A stretch of DNA of 63,738 bases, the filler included, from Reticulomyxa filosa (taxonomy: Eukaryota; Protista; Foraminifera): assembly GCA_000512085.1 (NCBI GenBank). It is 19 parts of 19 records of this genome, joined end to end, with 100 filler letters (N's around TTAATTAATTAA, not from the genome) between each part and the next. Parts side by side here need not be neighbours in the genome. Positions count along the whole stretch, not along the records: positions 1 to 4,947 come from ASPP01025797.1; positions 5,048 to 12,413 come from ASPP01006761.1; 17 more parts are not named here. One strand, written 5' to 3'. A model generated the notes under the pieces. The model searched no databases, had not been told where the DNA came from, and was given only the letters and a program-made list of their open reading frames with translations. Within the stretch, counting starts at the first letter, position 1. The number at the start of each line of letters is the position of its first letter. The position numbers and the translations under genes were made by a program. This document shows positions 1 to 12,378 of the stretch, piece by piece.

Positions 1-139
1 ATATATATATATATATATATATTATTTGGAAAACAATGTTTTTTTTTTTCAATGAAAGTCCAACATGGTATCCAAATCTGCACTGTTGGATGCTTGCACG
101 AGTTTTGATGAATAGAATTGAAAGAGTGACAACAAAGCA

Positions 140-560
140 TCATTTTTTTTTTTTTAAATAAGTCAATTTGGGGTCTTTTTTGCTTTCGTTATTGTCCATA
201 GTAGAACCTGATAGCCTTGTTGCAAGATTACCAACAATTGGGCCATTACACAATTGATACCATACGCCGAGCCAAAGCTTTGTGGTACGCATCATTAGGA
301 TATCTTGTGACAGCATTGCCACAATTTGGTCAATCACGTCATCGTACTGTATTTGATATATATTGATCATTGCACATATGTATGCCATTGCAATCAACAT
401 GAAAGAAAAGAAATGCACAAAGGCAGTTGAAAGATAACAGCAAACTGTCATTAAGAATTGAAGCACTTGATGATATAATCACCGATTGAAATTATTACTG
501 ATTTCAGACAAGATACAATATATCATATTCAAAATGAATAAACCAGAATATAAATTTTCA
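140..560 (-). pseudogene. Decayed multi-pass (7TM-like) membrane protein fragment
   Basis: Hydrophobic segments LYSGLFILNMIYCILSE..NR*LYHQVLQFLMTVCCYLSTAFVHFFSFMLIAMAYICAMI..IDQIVAMLS..WYQLC with an in-frame TGA; no clear start. Confidence 0.3.
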
Positions 561-1289
561 TTTAAATAATATTACAATTCAAGGAGCATATAATGTGAAA
601 TAATTTATAATTTATTTTAGATCAATAAATGACTTTACATAATCAATTATGATTGCAAATTATCAAAGAAAGATTTATATTTAAACATTATTGTAATCTT
701 ATAAATGTATCATAACAAACTTATATTTGTATAATTTGAATATATATATATTTCATTAGTAATTAAGAAACAGAATCACACAAAAAGATATGATTATTAT
801 ATTGATTATTTTCAATATCATATGATAAAGTAAATGTGATATAACAAAGAATATCCAAATTAACAATGATTTATTGAAATATTTATAGAATCAATTAACG
901 AATTGTTACTAAGCTTTAAATTAAACAAATCTAACACTAAAATTTTGGTTATTAGCGACAATATATGTGAACATAAAACTAGAAAATTTTCAAAGAAATT
1001 AAAAATTTATTTTGGCAACTAATTTATTGTTTGGTTTATAATTGTACTTTTTTCATTGTATTATTTAATGTAATTCTATTTTAGGCTATACGCTTTTTTT
1101 TAACTTGCTTTTGTTTGCACTCTGTTGTAAAAATAATGACTAAAAATATTAACAAGTTGATATGAATCAAGTAATAGTCTGTCACATTCAGGATTTCACA
1201 GTGCAAAAACTTAAAAAAACTCTTATTAGTATTGAGTAAAAAAAATTCAATCATTTTTCTTTTAAGCTGATCCCAATAGAAAAATTACT

Positions 1290-2574
1290 ATGAGTACGCT
1301 GCAATTAGTTTTGGTAACTTATATTCAAATCTTTTCAAAAAGCTACTTATCCTTATGTCTATGTACTTTGTGACTGAAAACAGTCTAATGAAGATATTCA
1401 GTTTATTACCGAACACTGGACTCGATCGTCTGACGTTTCATTTGGATGGAATAATGATATATGCAATATTGTTGCTAAATATGTTATGTTTTTCATTATT
1501 AATATACTAATAACATTACAGTTAATTAAATTAATACAGGTAAACAATAATTTCAATTCTAATCGTTTCAGAAAGTTAAACAAATTACTTAACACATTGA
1601 CTGGATCTAATTGTATTGTATGGAGCATTGATTATTTGGCATCCAATGGTGTTCAATTTATTTGTTCTGGATCAGGTGATAAAAGCGTGCGTGTTTGGGA
1701 TCTGAAAACCAATGAACAAATTCGATGTTTCAATGAACATTCAGCTACAGTTTTTTGCGTTAAATTCTCTCAACATCATAAAATTAATCTTAATCGTGAT
1801 GTCATTTGTTCATCATCACAAGATAAAACAATTCGTTTTTGGGATGTAGATAACAACAAACAACTAAAAATATTAAATGGACACAATGGTGGTGTTTTTT
1901 GCATTGGATTCTCACCACTTGAAGGGGGCCGATATTTATTTTCTGGATCTAGCGACAACACGATACGTGTATGGAATGTTCAAAGAGCTAATTTATTATA
2001 TACTTATACTGGTCATACAAATATTGTCAGATGTTTAGATTGTTCACCAGTGCAAACTAATAGTGGAAGTGGATATATAATTTGTTCTGGATCAAATGAT
2101 AAAACCGTTCGTGCATGGGATATAGAAACAGGCAGACAATTCATGGCATTCCATGGACATTCAGAAGGTATTACTAGCGTAAAATTTGGCTCAAATGAAT
2201 TAGGATATTATGGTGGATCAAATTTAATAATATCTGGAGCATTAGATAAAATTATTCGTTTGTGGGATATTCGACATCAAAAACATATTGGATCATTCTA
2301 TGGGCATAATTGCGCCATTTATGACATTGAATTTTCACCGTTTATAATAAATAATAATGATATTTGTTGTAATTCAAATGTGATATGTTCAGCATCACAT
2401 GATAATACATTACGTTTTTGGGATTTAAGGTCATGTTCCAAAGAATTATATGTCCATCGTGGTGATAAAGATGATAACGGAATTCTTAGTTTTAAGTTCA
2501 TAAAAACGAAAGATCAATGTAGTTACAATATATGTTTATCAACAAAAAAAGGACAACTTCGTTTTTGGGGATAA
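1290..2574 (+). CDS. WD40-repeat protein (spliced: probable short exon MSTLQL from ~1290, linker exon 1384-1482, WD40 exon 1540-2574)
   Basis: About seven GH..WD repeats (SGSGDKSVRVWD, SSSQDKTIRFWD, SGSSDNTIRVWN, SGSNDKTVRAWD, SGALDKIIRLWD, SASHDNTLRFWD), ending QLRFWG. Upstream exon EDIQFITEHWTRSSDVSFGWNNDICNIVAKY is followed by a GTTATG..CAG intron at 1483-1539. Start codon uncertain. Confidence 0.9.
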
Positions 2575-2765
2575 ATTTAAGTTTGTGTTTGTCAAGTGTC
2601 CCATTTTTCAATTCATTAGTAAGTATTTATTTTTAATTTTGTTATTGATTAACATGTTTGATTTTTCTTTTAGAAGGGCCTTGAAAATCAATGTTCAAAA
2701 CAAAACAAAAAAATGATCAAACCAAAAACACATTTTTAATTATGATCGACAAACTCAAATTTTTT

Positions 2766-4947
2766 TTATGCCATCAAAGTTGCATTGATCCATACACTCT
2801 GTTGCAATGTTTGGTAGCCCTATCTTGGATTGGTTGGGTCAAAAGAGAACAAGCAAGCAGGATTCGGAGTCGATGTTGTTCTTTGTTGATTCCTGTCTAT
2901 CCCATTGCAAAAATAAATTCTCTTTGTATCTTCCAAGCCCACAATGCACAATGTGTATTTCCATCCACTTACAACTTCCACATACTTTCAATAAGTGACT
3001 GTATTTACCTCCCAAATACCACCACCTCATATGTACATGGTTGATCCAAAAATACCAAGTCTATAAACGTTTATAGGACATCAAGAATGGGAAAATGCAA
3101 CCCACATGAAAAGCATTGGCAAACATCTGTATATAGTATGTGGCCTCCCAGGTTAATAGATTGTTTATCATTTTGTTTTTTTTTAATTTTAATTTTTGTT
3201 TGCTTGGACCAATCCACCACCGCCTTTGCATCCATAAGCCTTGCCTCATACTATGTATACTTTATCCGAACTTCCTATATTTCAATATGTATTTTCTTCA
3301 TTCACATGATTTTTGAAACAAAAAAAGGAATTTACTGCTTAACTTGCCATACACTTAGCATTTTGCCAATCAGAGCCAACATCTTCATATCTTCCAGTGC
3401 GAGAGTCAACACGATACAAACATCCCCCTCCAGTGCCATCTCCTGCTAGTCCGCACACAGCGTAGATGAAATCTCCAGCATTAGTCATGTTAGTACAATT
3501 CGCATATCCTTTGCAAACTTCAGATTATATTCTGGTCTCAACATCAACATCCCAAATTCCACCTTTTTGTTTGTTTAGTTATTTGATTTTTTTATAGAGA
3601 AAAAGTATGTCACTTTTCCTTCTTTGTTGCTACAATGTAAAAAAATATACATACTGTCTCCTTTTGCGCCAAAGGATGTGCCAGCGCAAATGTACAACTT
3701 TTCATTAGAAATGCGACACATTGATTGTCCGTTTACGTATCCATCTTCGCGAATGCACGTGTATTTGTGTGGCGATGCGATGTCCACGAGATATATACAT
3801 CCTCCTCCATTACTTCCTCACAAACGATGAAAATTTTCTCTTTTACTAAAAAGTTATTACTGACATAGTCATCATCAAATCACATCCATGTGTCTTGTTT
3901 AAACTTATGCAGCTGGAACAAAGTATACAAAAATTAACTAGTTTTTTGTTTCTCTCAAGCCAGAATTATCTTCTTCGATTTGTTCTTTTTTTTCATCCGC
4001 TGGTTTTTGTCTGTACAATCTCTTTCTCTTTTTCTTCAATCTCTTTTTCTTCTTTTTCTTATTTTTCTTTATCTTCCAAAGATTTGAAGTAATTGTCTCT
4101 GTTTTTGATAAACTGTTTGCGATGTCCTATTTTTTTAAAATTCACACTTGTTTGTAGTTTATCAATTTTTTCTCTCAATCCTCAATTAAAAAAAGACAAA
4201 AATGCGACATACCAGGCTTAAATTTCATTTCCTTCAAATCATCATCATTCAAGTCTTTCAAGCCTTCAACTTTGTCGTATCCTTGATCCACTAAAATTTG
4301 AAGATATGAGACTGTTTTGCAGTCTTCTGTGATGCCAGCAACACCATCTTCATCATTTTTATCAGTGAACCATTCCTTGAGCAAACTGGACACAGTCACT
4401 TCTTTTTTGCCATGATCGTCGTCATCATCCTTATTAAATCTCGAAATCTTTTTTGTTTGGTCGCAAACATCAATTAACAAGTTTATTTGATTCGATTTTG
4501 CAAAAGGGGAAAAAAAAAATGTTGCATTAAAATAAAGTTTACAGCTTACATATTTTTGCTTATGTGGAATTTTGGATTTGATGTGATCAGTAACGTATTC
4601 ATAGGCCAAGTTGCGTTCGCCAACGTCAAAAAGACGTTTTCTTTTGTATACGCAGTGACTGTCTTTTTTGGAATCATAAAAGATCTTATGGTAGAACTGC
4701 ACCTCACAAACGACCGAAGTTCCTGGACACATCACATTTACAAGTAAGTAACGGTAGCCAAAAGGCATCTTTTCGGGATCAAATCGGTCCTTGGCACGCA
4801 ACACGCCACCTTTCATGTCTGATTTTGAGTTCGCTACATTCTCAAACACGCCAAATGCTTTATACAAATCGACAAATGAATCAAATACAAACAAGCAACG
4901 CAACAAATCCGTCAATTGAGCGTGATCTCCTTTGTAAACGTAATAAG
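2766..4947 (-). pseudogene. RelA/SpoT-like nucleotidyltransferase + SAM domain + charged coil + beta-propeller, multi-exon, 5'-truncated by contig end, with nonsense codons and frameshifts
   Basis: YKGDHAQLTDLLRC..LRAKDRF..GYRYLLVNV..VCEVQFYH (RelA_SpoT-like). Spliced SAM YLQILVDQGYDKVEGLKDLNDDDLKEMKFKPG|HRKQFIK (intron 4212-4127). Repeats of ~45 aa, W/Y.N...M....(L/I)Y.(V)CG...GG.(I/L)(W/Y).VD..G.Y. Stops at 4059-61, 3246-48, 3027-29, 2988-90 and 2820-22; frameshifts near 3880, 3820 and 3530. Confidence 0.75.
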
Positions 4948-5047
4948 NNNNNNNNNNNNNNNNNNNNNNNNNNNNNNNNNNNNNNNNNNNNTTAATTAAT
5001 TAANNNNNNNNNNNNNNNNNNNNNNNNNNNNNNNNNNNNNNNNNNNN
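4948..5047. other. Artificial contig spacer N44-TTAATTAATTAA-N44 (first of 18; others start at 12414, 13767, 16649, 18256, 30394, 32946, 37229, 39323, 41783, 45943, 47361, 49769, 51827, 54414, 57306, 59909, 62629)
   Basis: Identical 100-bp unit recurs 18 times; the palindromic core has TAA in all six frames, typical of contig-joining linkers. Confidence 0.98.
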
Positions 5048-5049
5048 AT

Positions 5050-5250
5050 GATTATGATCATGATTATGATTATGATTATGATCATGACCACGAACATTCT
5101 TCACCGCCAACACCGGAAAATGATGAACCTGCTGATCATACCATTGAAGACTCCCCTACTGGAAATGGACACAAAGTCGATCCACAACCCACTGACGATA
5201 GCGCTGGAGAAAAAGAGGATAGTCCATTGGAAAAACAAAGCTTACAATAA
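5050..5250 (+). CDS. 3' end of an unknown acidic low-complexity protein (DYDHDYDYDYDHDHEHSSPPTPENDEP...EKQSLQ*)
   Basis: Frame is open from the contig start with a (GATYAT)n repeat and protein-like composition, ending TAA at 5248-5250. Confidence 0.45.
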   Translation, partial: DYDHDYDYDYDHDHEHSSPPTPENDEPADHTIEDSPTGNGHKVDPQPTDDSAGEKEDSPLEKQSLQ

Positions 5251-6281
5251 TTTTTTTTTATAAGGCGTTCATTTTTTTTTTTGAGGCGGCTTATCTTCGT
5301 ACGGCCGAGTGTTTCTTTTATCTCTTTTCTATGTTTTTTCCTTTCTCTCATGCAAAGCATACTCATCATTACATCGTACAAAACGCTTGAAGAGACACTT
5401 TTTTTTTCCTTCTCCTCCTTTTCTGCTGACAGATCTTCACATACTCCAAAAGGGCCCCACTATCTGTGAAGATTCCCTGCTATATGCCAGTTGCCAATTT
5501 TTTATCAAAATATGGCACTCTGTTTTAAAAAGGTCAAGTGCACGTTAACAGTATGTATGAAAAAAAACATCACGACAAAAGATAAAAAAATAAAGTATTT
5601 ATTGATGCTGGTTATAGGCTCTTGTTTTAGTATCTCAATTGAATGCGTTCAATGTCACACATGATTTTGATTGACTTCTGTGGACTGCGTTCTGTACGCG
5701 AGTTTATGTGTTTTGTGAGATAATACTTTATGTACATTTGTGCAGAAATGTGTGATCTTTTAAATTGTAATTTTCAGAATCTTCAACGACACATTTTTTG
5801 TTTATTATTAAAAGTGCATTAAATTTTATTTTTTGTTAAAAAATTCATTGAGTAAGGTGGTCATCGTTGAGCAGAGTTAGTAATCATTTAGTTGGAAATA
5901 TTCTATGGGAATGTAACAGCTTAAAGAAGAAAGTCATGTATTAACGAAACTACTGACTGAAACGACTTGAAAAAGAGACAACACAAATTGAAAAAAAGAA
6001 TATGTTATAGTAATCATCGCAAACGAATAGTTTAGAAAATTTATCTGCATAAAATTGTTTAATCCTAAGATATATAAATAAAAATTTTCATTACAAGAGG
6101 TAGTTTTTGATTATTAATATTATTTACATTACATATAATTTATCTTTTGTTTGTGATAAAACAAAGCAAGCACGTTGTTGATACAAACTTGCAACACTTC
6201 ATTAAGTTTCTTTTAAAATTGTTCAACATTGGAGACCCTTTTTGGGCAAATTAATATTAGGCGTGTGGTTGATATTTACAC

Positions 6282-7289
6282 ATGTGTCAATGCAAAAGCA
6301 GAGCGCAAATCCTTAAGATCATACTATGGGTTTTGATGTGCTTAGTGGGGATTGGGACTATTAGCTGGGGGATATATTTGCATGGAAGCCAGCGAGCGTG
6401 CGATAACTGTGCGTTGCAAGCCCTTCCACCAAATTTTGTCAAACATGCACTTTCACTTGAAAAAAAAGAGCAAACGAGAATACCCAAAATAATAATTCAA
6501 ACGAGCAAAAATCTCCCCGAAAGTGCACTTTCATGGATTTTGGCAAACCCAGCTTACAGCTATATGTATTTTGACGACACACAAATGATGGGCACATTAA
6601 TTCGGTATTTGCGAACAGTGAGCAATGACAACACTTGGATTGTTTCATTTTTGAAAAAACTGTCGAAAAGAGAGAAAAACGACTTGTTTCGCTACATAGC
6701 AGTATACGAATATGGGGGAATATATGCAGATAGTGATGTACAATGTTTAGTACCGATCGAAGAATGGTTGTTGCGGTATCATGTGTTAGATCAGGCAGAT
6801 ATGATTGTAGGAATTGAACATACTCAAACAATGTATTCAAATCCTTTTCAACTTGTGCAATCAACTTTTGCTGCAACTGCACATAATCCCATTTTGCGAC
6901 GGATGATTGACACATATATTCATCTCATTTCGAAAGAGCAATCTTTCGACTTGCGATATTCCGAAAATAAGGGAGCAATAATATTCACTCGCACCATTTT
7001 AATGTATGTGATCGAACACAGTCCAAAAAGCGATAAAAGTCTTGTTGGAAAACACATCACAAGAAGCTCGTCTTTTTCACTATTGGACGATTTACAATAT
7101 CCAAACGATATTATTAGTCCTATGAATCTATTGGACGAATTTGGTCAATTTTTAACTTGTAAGGATGATAATAATACAGTTTCCCTTTCCATACTACCTT
7201 TTCGTGCTTTTGGAATCAATTCACATTCTCTTCAGCCTTTTGCCTCTATATCCCCGCGAGCACAGCAACTTGCTCAAGCAGTCCTTTAA
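6282..7289 (+). CDS. Glycosyltransferase family 32 (OCH1/SUR1-like, DXD motif), type II membrane protein
   Basis: N-terminal TM anchor, IPKIIIQT, W..ANP.Y.Y.YFDD, DLFRYIAVYEYGGIYADSDV; intronless 335 aa. Confidence 0.88.
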   Translation: MCQCKSRAQILKIILWVLMCLVGIGTISWGIYLHGSQRACDNCALQALPPNFVKHALSLEKKEQTRIPKIIIQTSKNLPESALSWILANPAYSYMYFDDTQMMGTLIRYLRTVSNDNTWIVSFLKKLSKREKNDLFRYIAVYEYGGIYADSDVQCLVPIEEWLLRYHVLDQADMIVGIEHTQTMYSNPFQLVQSTFAATAHNPILRRMIDTYIHLISKEQSFDLRYSENKGAIIFTRTILMYVIEHSPKSDKSLVGKHITRSSSFSLLDDLQYPNDIISPMNLLDEFGQFLTCKDDNNTVSLSILPFRAFGINSHSLQPFASISPRAQQLAQAVL

Positions 7290-10200
7290 CAGTTATTTAA
7301 TGTAGGACAATTTTTTAAATGAGGCTCATTCGTAACCTAGTATCAAAAGGCTCATTTTTCTTTCACAAGGAAAATTTTTTTTTTCTATAATGGCAAATGT
7401 TCTCATATTAATTCTTTGTCTAATGGCAACTTTTCACTCACCCTGCCAAAAAATGTGTCCGATGTGAACGTCGCCTACAAAAAAAAATGCTGATATAATA
7501 AACAGTAAAGAATTAGTCACTTACTGTGACACAAAAGTTTATTGGTCATTATTTTTCCATCTCAAAGCACTTTTTGCTTGTACTCAAGAACTGCTAAATG
7601 ACTTTTTTTAACATGATCTCTCAATTATGATGTATAGTTGCGATGATACAAAGGCCATACTTGGACAATGATCATCTTTTTCAAATTTAAAACTTATAGC
7701 TAATTTTCATTACAAATGGCAGAGCATTGTTACATTCGCACTTAAATAGCAGAAAATCTAAAATGTAGATTTACGGAACAGAGAAAAGCACTGCAAGGCA
7801 GAGTACGAACAGTAAGAAAAATTCAGCCAAAATATTAAACATCTTTGCTCGTAATGGGAATGCCGAAGCGGATTTCTTCAATTTAGTTCTATTGTTTTTT
7901 CTCGAAGATTGGAAAAAAAAGATGCGATGTAATCATACAAATGTTGTTTTTTCGTCATTTAAATATTTTAATGATTATATTTCTCTTTCAAATCAAAATG
8001 TCAATGCAATTTCATTTCTTCAAAATTAAGCGTTTGATTCTTTGTGGTAGTACTTTTTATATTTGCTTATTTAAAAAAAAACGCAGTGTCATCAAAAAAG
8101 AAAACTCCGATACCGATGATGAGCAAGCAAAAAACGTACCCAAAATTTGTTTAAAGAGACAAACGTATACATTTTTCGGATTTGGGAAAAAAAATTGGAC
8201 AAACAAAACACGAGCAAATATCAAAATATGAACTTGAATTCAAAATTGATGAATGTGAAAAACAATCTCCTGAAAGCCAGAAGGAAAAGAAAAAATGATG
8301 TTCTTTTTGATAAAGTCCGGAAAATAACAATTGAAAAGAAAAAATGTCCAAACAGCAAATTTTTTAGGTTTCGCACTTTTAGTCTTTTTTTGCTGATAAC
8401 GCTAATGACGAATAAATTATTCTTAGTAATCAAATATTTCTTTTTCAATCGTTGTCAGATATACCAATCTTTGCACAGATAACTTTCTCAACATTGCAAC
8501 TATCAAAGCATAAAAAACGAAATTGAAACGAGAGCTATTCCAAAGGTTGAGAGAATGTGGAAAAAATATGATGAATAAGCAATTTCAGCCAAAAAATTTC
8601 TCCATAAAAACAAAGACCGAAAAAAGTATTGTTTTTATTGTTGCAATTTTATCGCAAAAAAACTTTGCCTCAGGAAGAATACAAAAAAACCGAACAAATA
8701 AGCGTAAACCAAAAACGTTGGCAAAATTGATTCGTCAGCTAACGAAAACAGCATGACAAAACTCAAATAAAGATTAGTATACCAAAAGTTTGAAAAAAAA
8801 ATTTCTTTCATAAACTTGTTCATGCTTCACGTAAAGAGCAAAAAAACTACGAAATTTGCTATGTCATAAATGTAACACGGCGCAAAAACAATGTCCGTAG
8901 ACGGGAAATTTTCATAAGTATCTTCAATCGGAAACGATCAAAAACTGAAAAAAAGATCATAGCGAAGCAAAATAAGAAATTAGAGACAATTTCACACTTG
9001 AAAAAACAAACACTACATAGCGAAGCAAGATTATGTAGCTTTTATACAGCGTCTGTTGCAAGATATTAACAATTACGAATTAAAGAGAATGGTCTCTTAT
9101 CCGATCATGATAAGTTAAAACTAAATTTCTGCAATTATTTTGAAGCATATCTAAGATTGTTTTTTGTTGTTTTCCATTCACAGTAGGAACTTAAATCAAA
9201 GTACGAAATTCAAGTGCAAATCGGATGAAAAACACGAAAGCAAAAGTGAAACATGTCCGAAAGAAATAACGGAAGGCAACAAAGTGGCGTAGCATCAAGA
9301 ACTATACAGAATGAAAGACTCGCATTCCTTGATCGGAATAACAAATAAATTAGCGCTCTTCCAACAGTTGGACAAGAGAATGAGATATACGAGCACTTAT
9401 TACACAACCCAAGTCTTTGGTTGGGAAGACTTGTAAATCTCTTTAACGTTTTTCATGTCCGAATTTTGCAACAAGCCAAAAGAAGCATGATCTAATTTTT
9501 TGAAGTTTGTTCAACGGAATTTTTGTCAAATGTAACATACAATATATATACGTATAAATCGATACACACAAATAAAAAGGGATAGAACGCAAGTGAACTT
9601 TGAATTTTCTTACTCAATCACAAAGTTTTTTTTGTATCCTTATTTCCACATTTTTTTATTAAAAAAAATACGTCGCATATGAATGATAACACTAGACTAG
9701 TGATAATATTTTGTTTGTCAGTGGAGTTCTTAAATATTTACGAAATGAACACAAGTACGAAGAAAAAGCATACAACATATATAGAACAAAATGCAACAAA
9801 CTAGTAACATCAGTATAAGCGAAAGATGACAATAACATTAAAGAAAATACAAATCAATACTAATTCTAATAAAGCAACTGCAGATAGCAAATTACTTCGT
9901 ACAATAATACATTTCTTCATTCGCATTAACGAGTTATAAAATAGATTTAGAAATTCAGCAAGTGATTGATCAAATCTTTCAACTTTGATGAATTGATGAT
10001 ACTGCAACTGCACGCACAAATAAAGGTACCATATGGATATGTATACTCGTCCGACCGAAACACTAAGTCTATGATTTGCTTTGAGTGAATCAAGAACATT
10101 GCTGCACATGCTAAATAAAATCATTGTTGCAATAGTTGTATATGATGATACACTTCCGCAACACAATCATTTGCGAAAGAAAGAAAAAAGCAAAAGACAT

Positions 10201-12182
10201 TAAATCAGAAGATCAAACTAATTCAATATTATATCAAGTATTGATAATATTTTAGTATATCACATTGTCGGAAACAGTTAATATATACATTTCAGCAAGA
10301 TAATGCAACTAGCTACAAAGCAAGTACATTCAAATAATGTTTTTAACAAAATTATATCAAAGTATTTGATTTCACTACAAATTCTACATAGATGAACACA
10401 ATCAAAATCTACATTTGATAGTGGAAACAAAAATATACAAAAATTGACTACGCAAGGACTTTGTAAATAATTTAAATTAGAACGTGAAAAACATGCACAA
10501 GCTTAATAAAATAAATGTCATAGCGAATACAAACATTATACAATGTAAAAAGTAATTTAATCAAATGATAATTTTCACTAAAAAAATTTTCAGTTCTTAA
10601 GCTTTTGAATTATTTAATATTGGACAAAAAAATGCAAAAAACCAATTATAAGTTAATATAAAGCAAAAAGTATTCAAAAACAGTCATGTTTTCACAGTGT
10701 ACAAACTTTGAAAATAACATTAAGTTATGTAGAAAAAAATTTTTTGATAACAAAAAATTGAGTTTTCTCAAAACTACTAAACTAGAACGCTTTTTTTTTA
10801 AAAAATATATGCTCATTGAGCAATGACAAATTTCATTGTTATGACATTCATATTGTCAACTTTTCTCGAAAATTTTCAAAAATCAATAAAATATTCAAAT
10901 TTTTTAAAAAATTATGAAAGATTTAATAAAAAACCAAAAATGATATTTAAAAACTACAATATTCGTATATATTTTTTTAAATAAAAAAAAATTATGTCTG
11001 AATGTTGTTTTTTCATGAAGAAAATCAATCATTTCTATGATATATGTAGAAAGTTAGTAGCTTGTTTCGACTGGAATGTCAAGTGTAATACGAATAATTG
11101 CTCTTTAAGCAATCTTTCAAAAACGAAACTAGTTAAAAAAAAATATAAAACAACAACGACAATAATAATAAGAGAATAAAAGAAGTTGGAAGAAAGGTAA
11201 TTAAGTTGTAAAAAAGGGATTTCCTAGGCTACGTAGGAACTTCCCTTTACACTGTTAGTGCACTACCATACAGATGCCGTTTTATGTCAACTTTACTTTG
11301 CGTTATACTGTATATTATACATTAATTTTCAGAAAAGTTATTATGCTACTTATGAAAAAATTAATTGCAAATGGTTATGATTGATCATACAATCTCAATG
11401 AACTGAATAAAAAGACAAATTAAAAATTATAGCAAAGATAGAAATATTGATATCGGCATTGTCATAAACAGTATCTAACCTGTTTTTTTAAATGACATAA
11501 AATGTAGACTATTGTACATATTCTCATATTACTGTTTTGAACAGATGAAAAAAATATTTCAAAAAAAAGCAATACATTCACAATCAAGCATTATCTGTAA
11601 TGACTCGTTATGCATTACTTAAGTTACGACAATCTATCCAACGTAAGTGATAATAGCTTTTTCTTGACTGTTATATGCTCGTTTGGACGATTTACTTCTC
11701 CAAGTTCGTAACACGTTTAAAGAGATCAGCTTAAGTCGTATGCAGCCGAAGCAAGTGTCACAAAAGCGTCCAATGTAGACATTTCTTTTTAGCTTGAAAG
11801 TTTAAATTTAAACACTAAACACTGCTTTATAAGGTTTTTTTTTGGCAAAGGAAGAACTCTACTTTTTTATGAAAGGAAATAAATTCTTTCCGATATTTAG
11901 AAATAATTTAAAAAGCATTTTGTTTGCATTGTGTTTTGAGATTTTGAATATTAAAAGACAAAACAGTTTGTTAATTATTTTTGGAACGTTCTAAGGCCAC
12001 ACAAAAGTAGGACCAAGGAGGGAGAGTCGAGAAGAAAAAACTCGACGACATTTTAATCGTTTCGAAAGAGGTGGCTTAACGCTAGTGAATCCTATCAGCA
12101 AAGTGAAAATAAAACTAAGGATTGGAAACGTTATTCAAAAGCAGAGCAAAACAAAGGAAGAAAAAGAGAGCAGTGAATAGAA

Positions 12183-12378
12183 ATGACAAGCTCTTTTCTA
12201 AGCACAAAAAGTGCACTTGATTTGTTTTTGGCAGCATTGTTGATGCGAGAGGTGGTGATTGTGCCACTGTTGTGTTATTTGTTATATAACTTTTGGAAGT
12301 ACCAGAGACTGGAGTTTATTTACCGAAGAAGACCATTGACAACAATTGTGTTAGTAGTCTGCAGTGTCATTGAAATTG
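12183..12378 (+). CDS. First exon of a multi-pass membrane protein (7TM/RGS-receptor-like N-terminus)
   Basis: TM1 (VIVPLLCYLLYNFW), basic loop IYRRRP, TM2 (LTTIVLVVCSVIE), then GTAATT donor at 12379; rest lost at the gap. Confidence 0.45.

Noticed and set aside
2988-3248. TGA recoded as Cys/Sec in the propeller blades
   Set aside because: The same gene also has TAA and TAG stops and frameshifts, and intact genes in the window (ending 36797, 42697, 15359) terminate at TGA.
7300-12100. Short Lys/Phe-rich ORFs in the long AT-rich tract
   Set aside because: No motifs or coherent splice pattern; composition explains them. No transposase or terminal repeats recognised.
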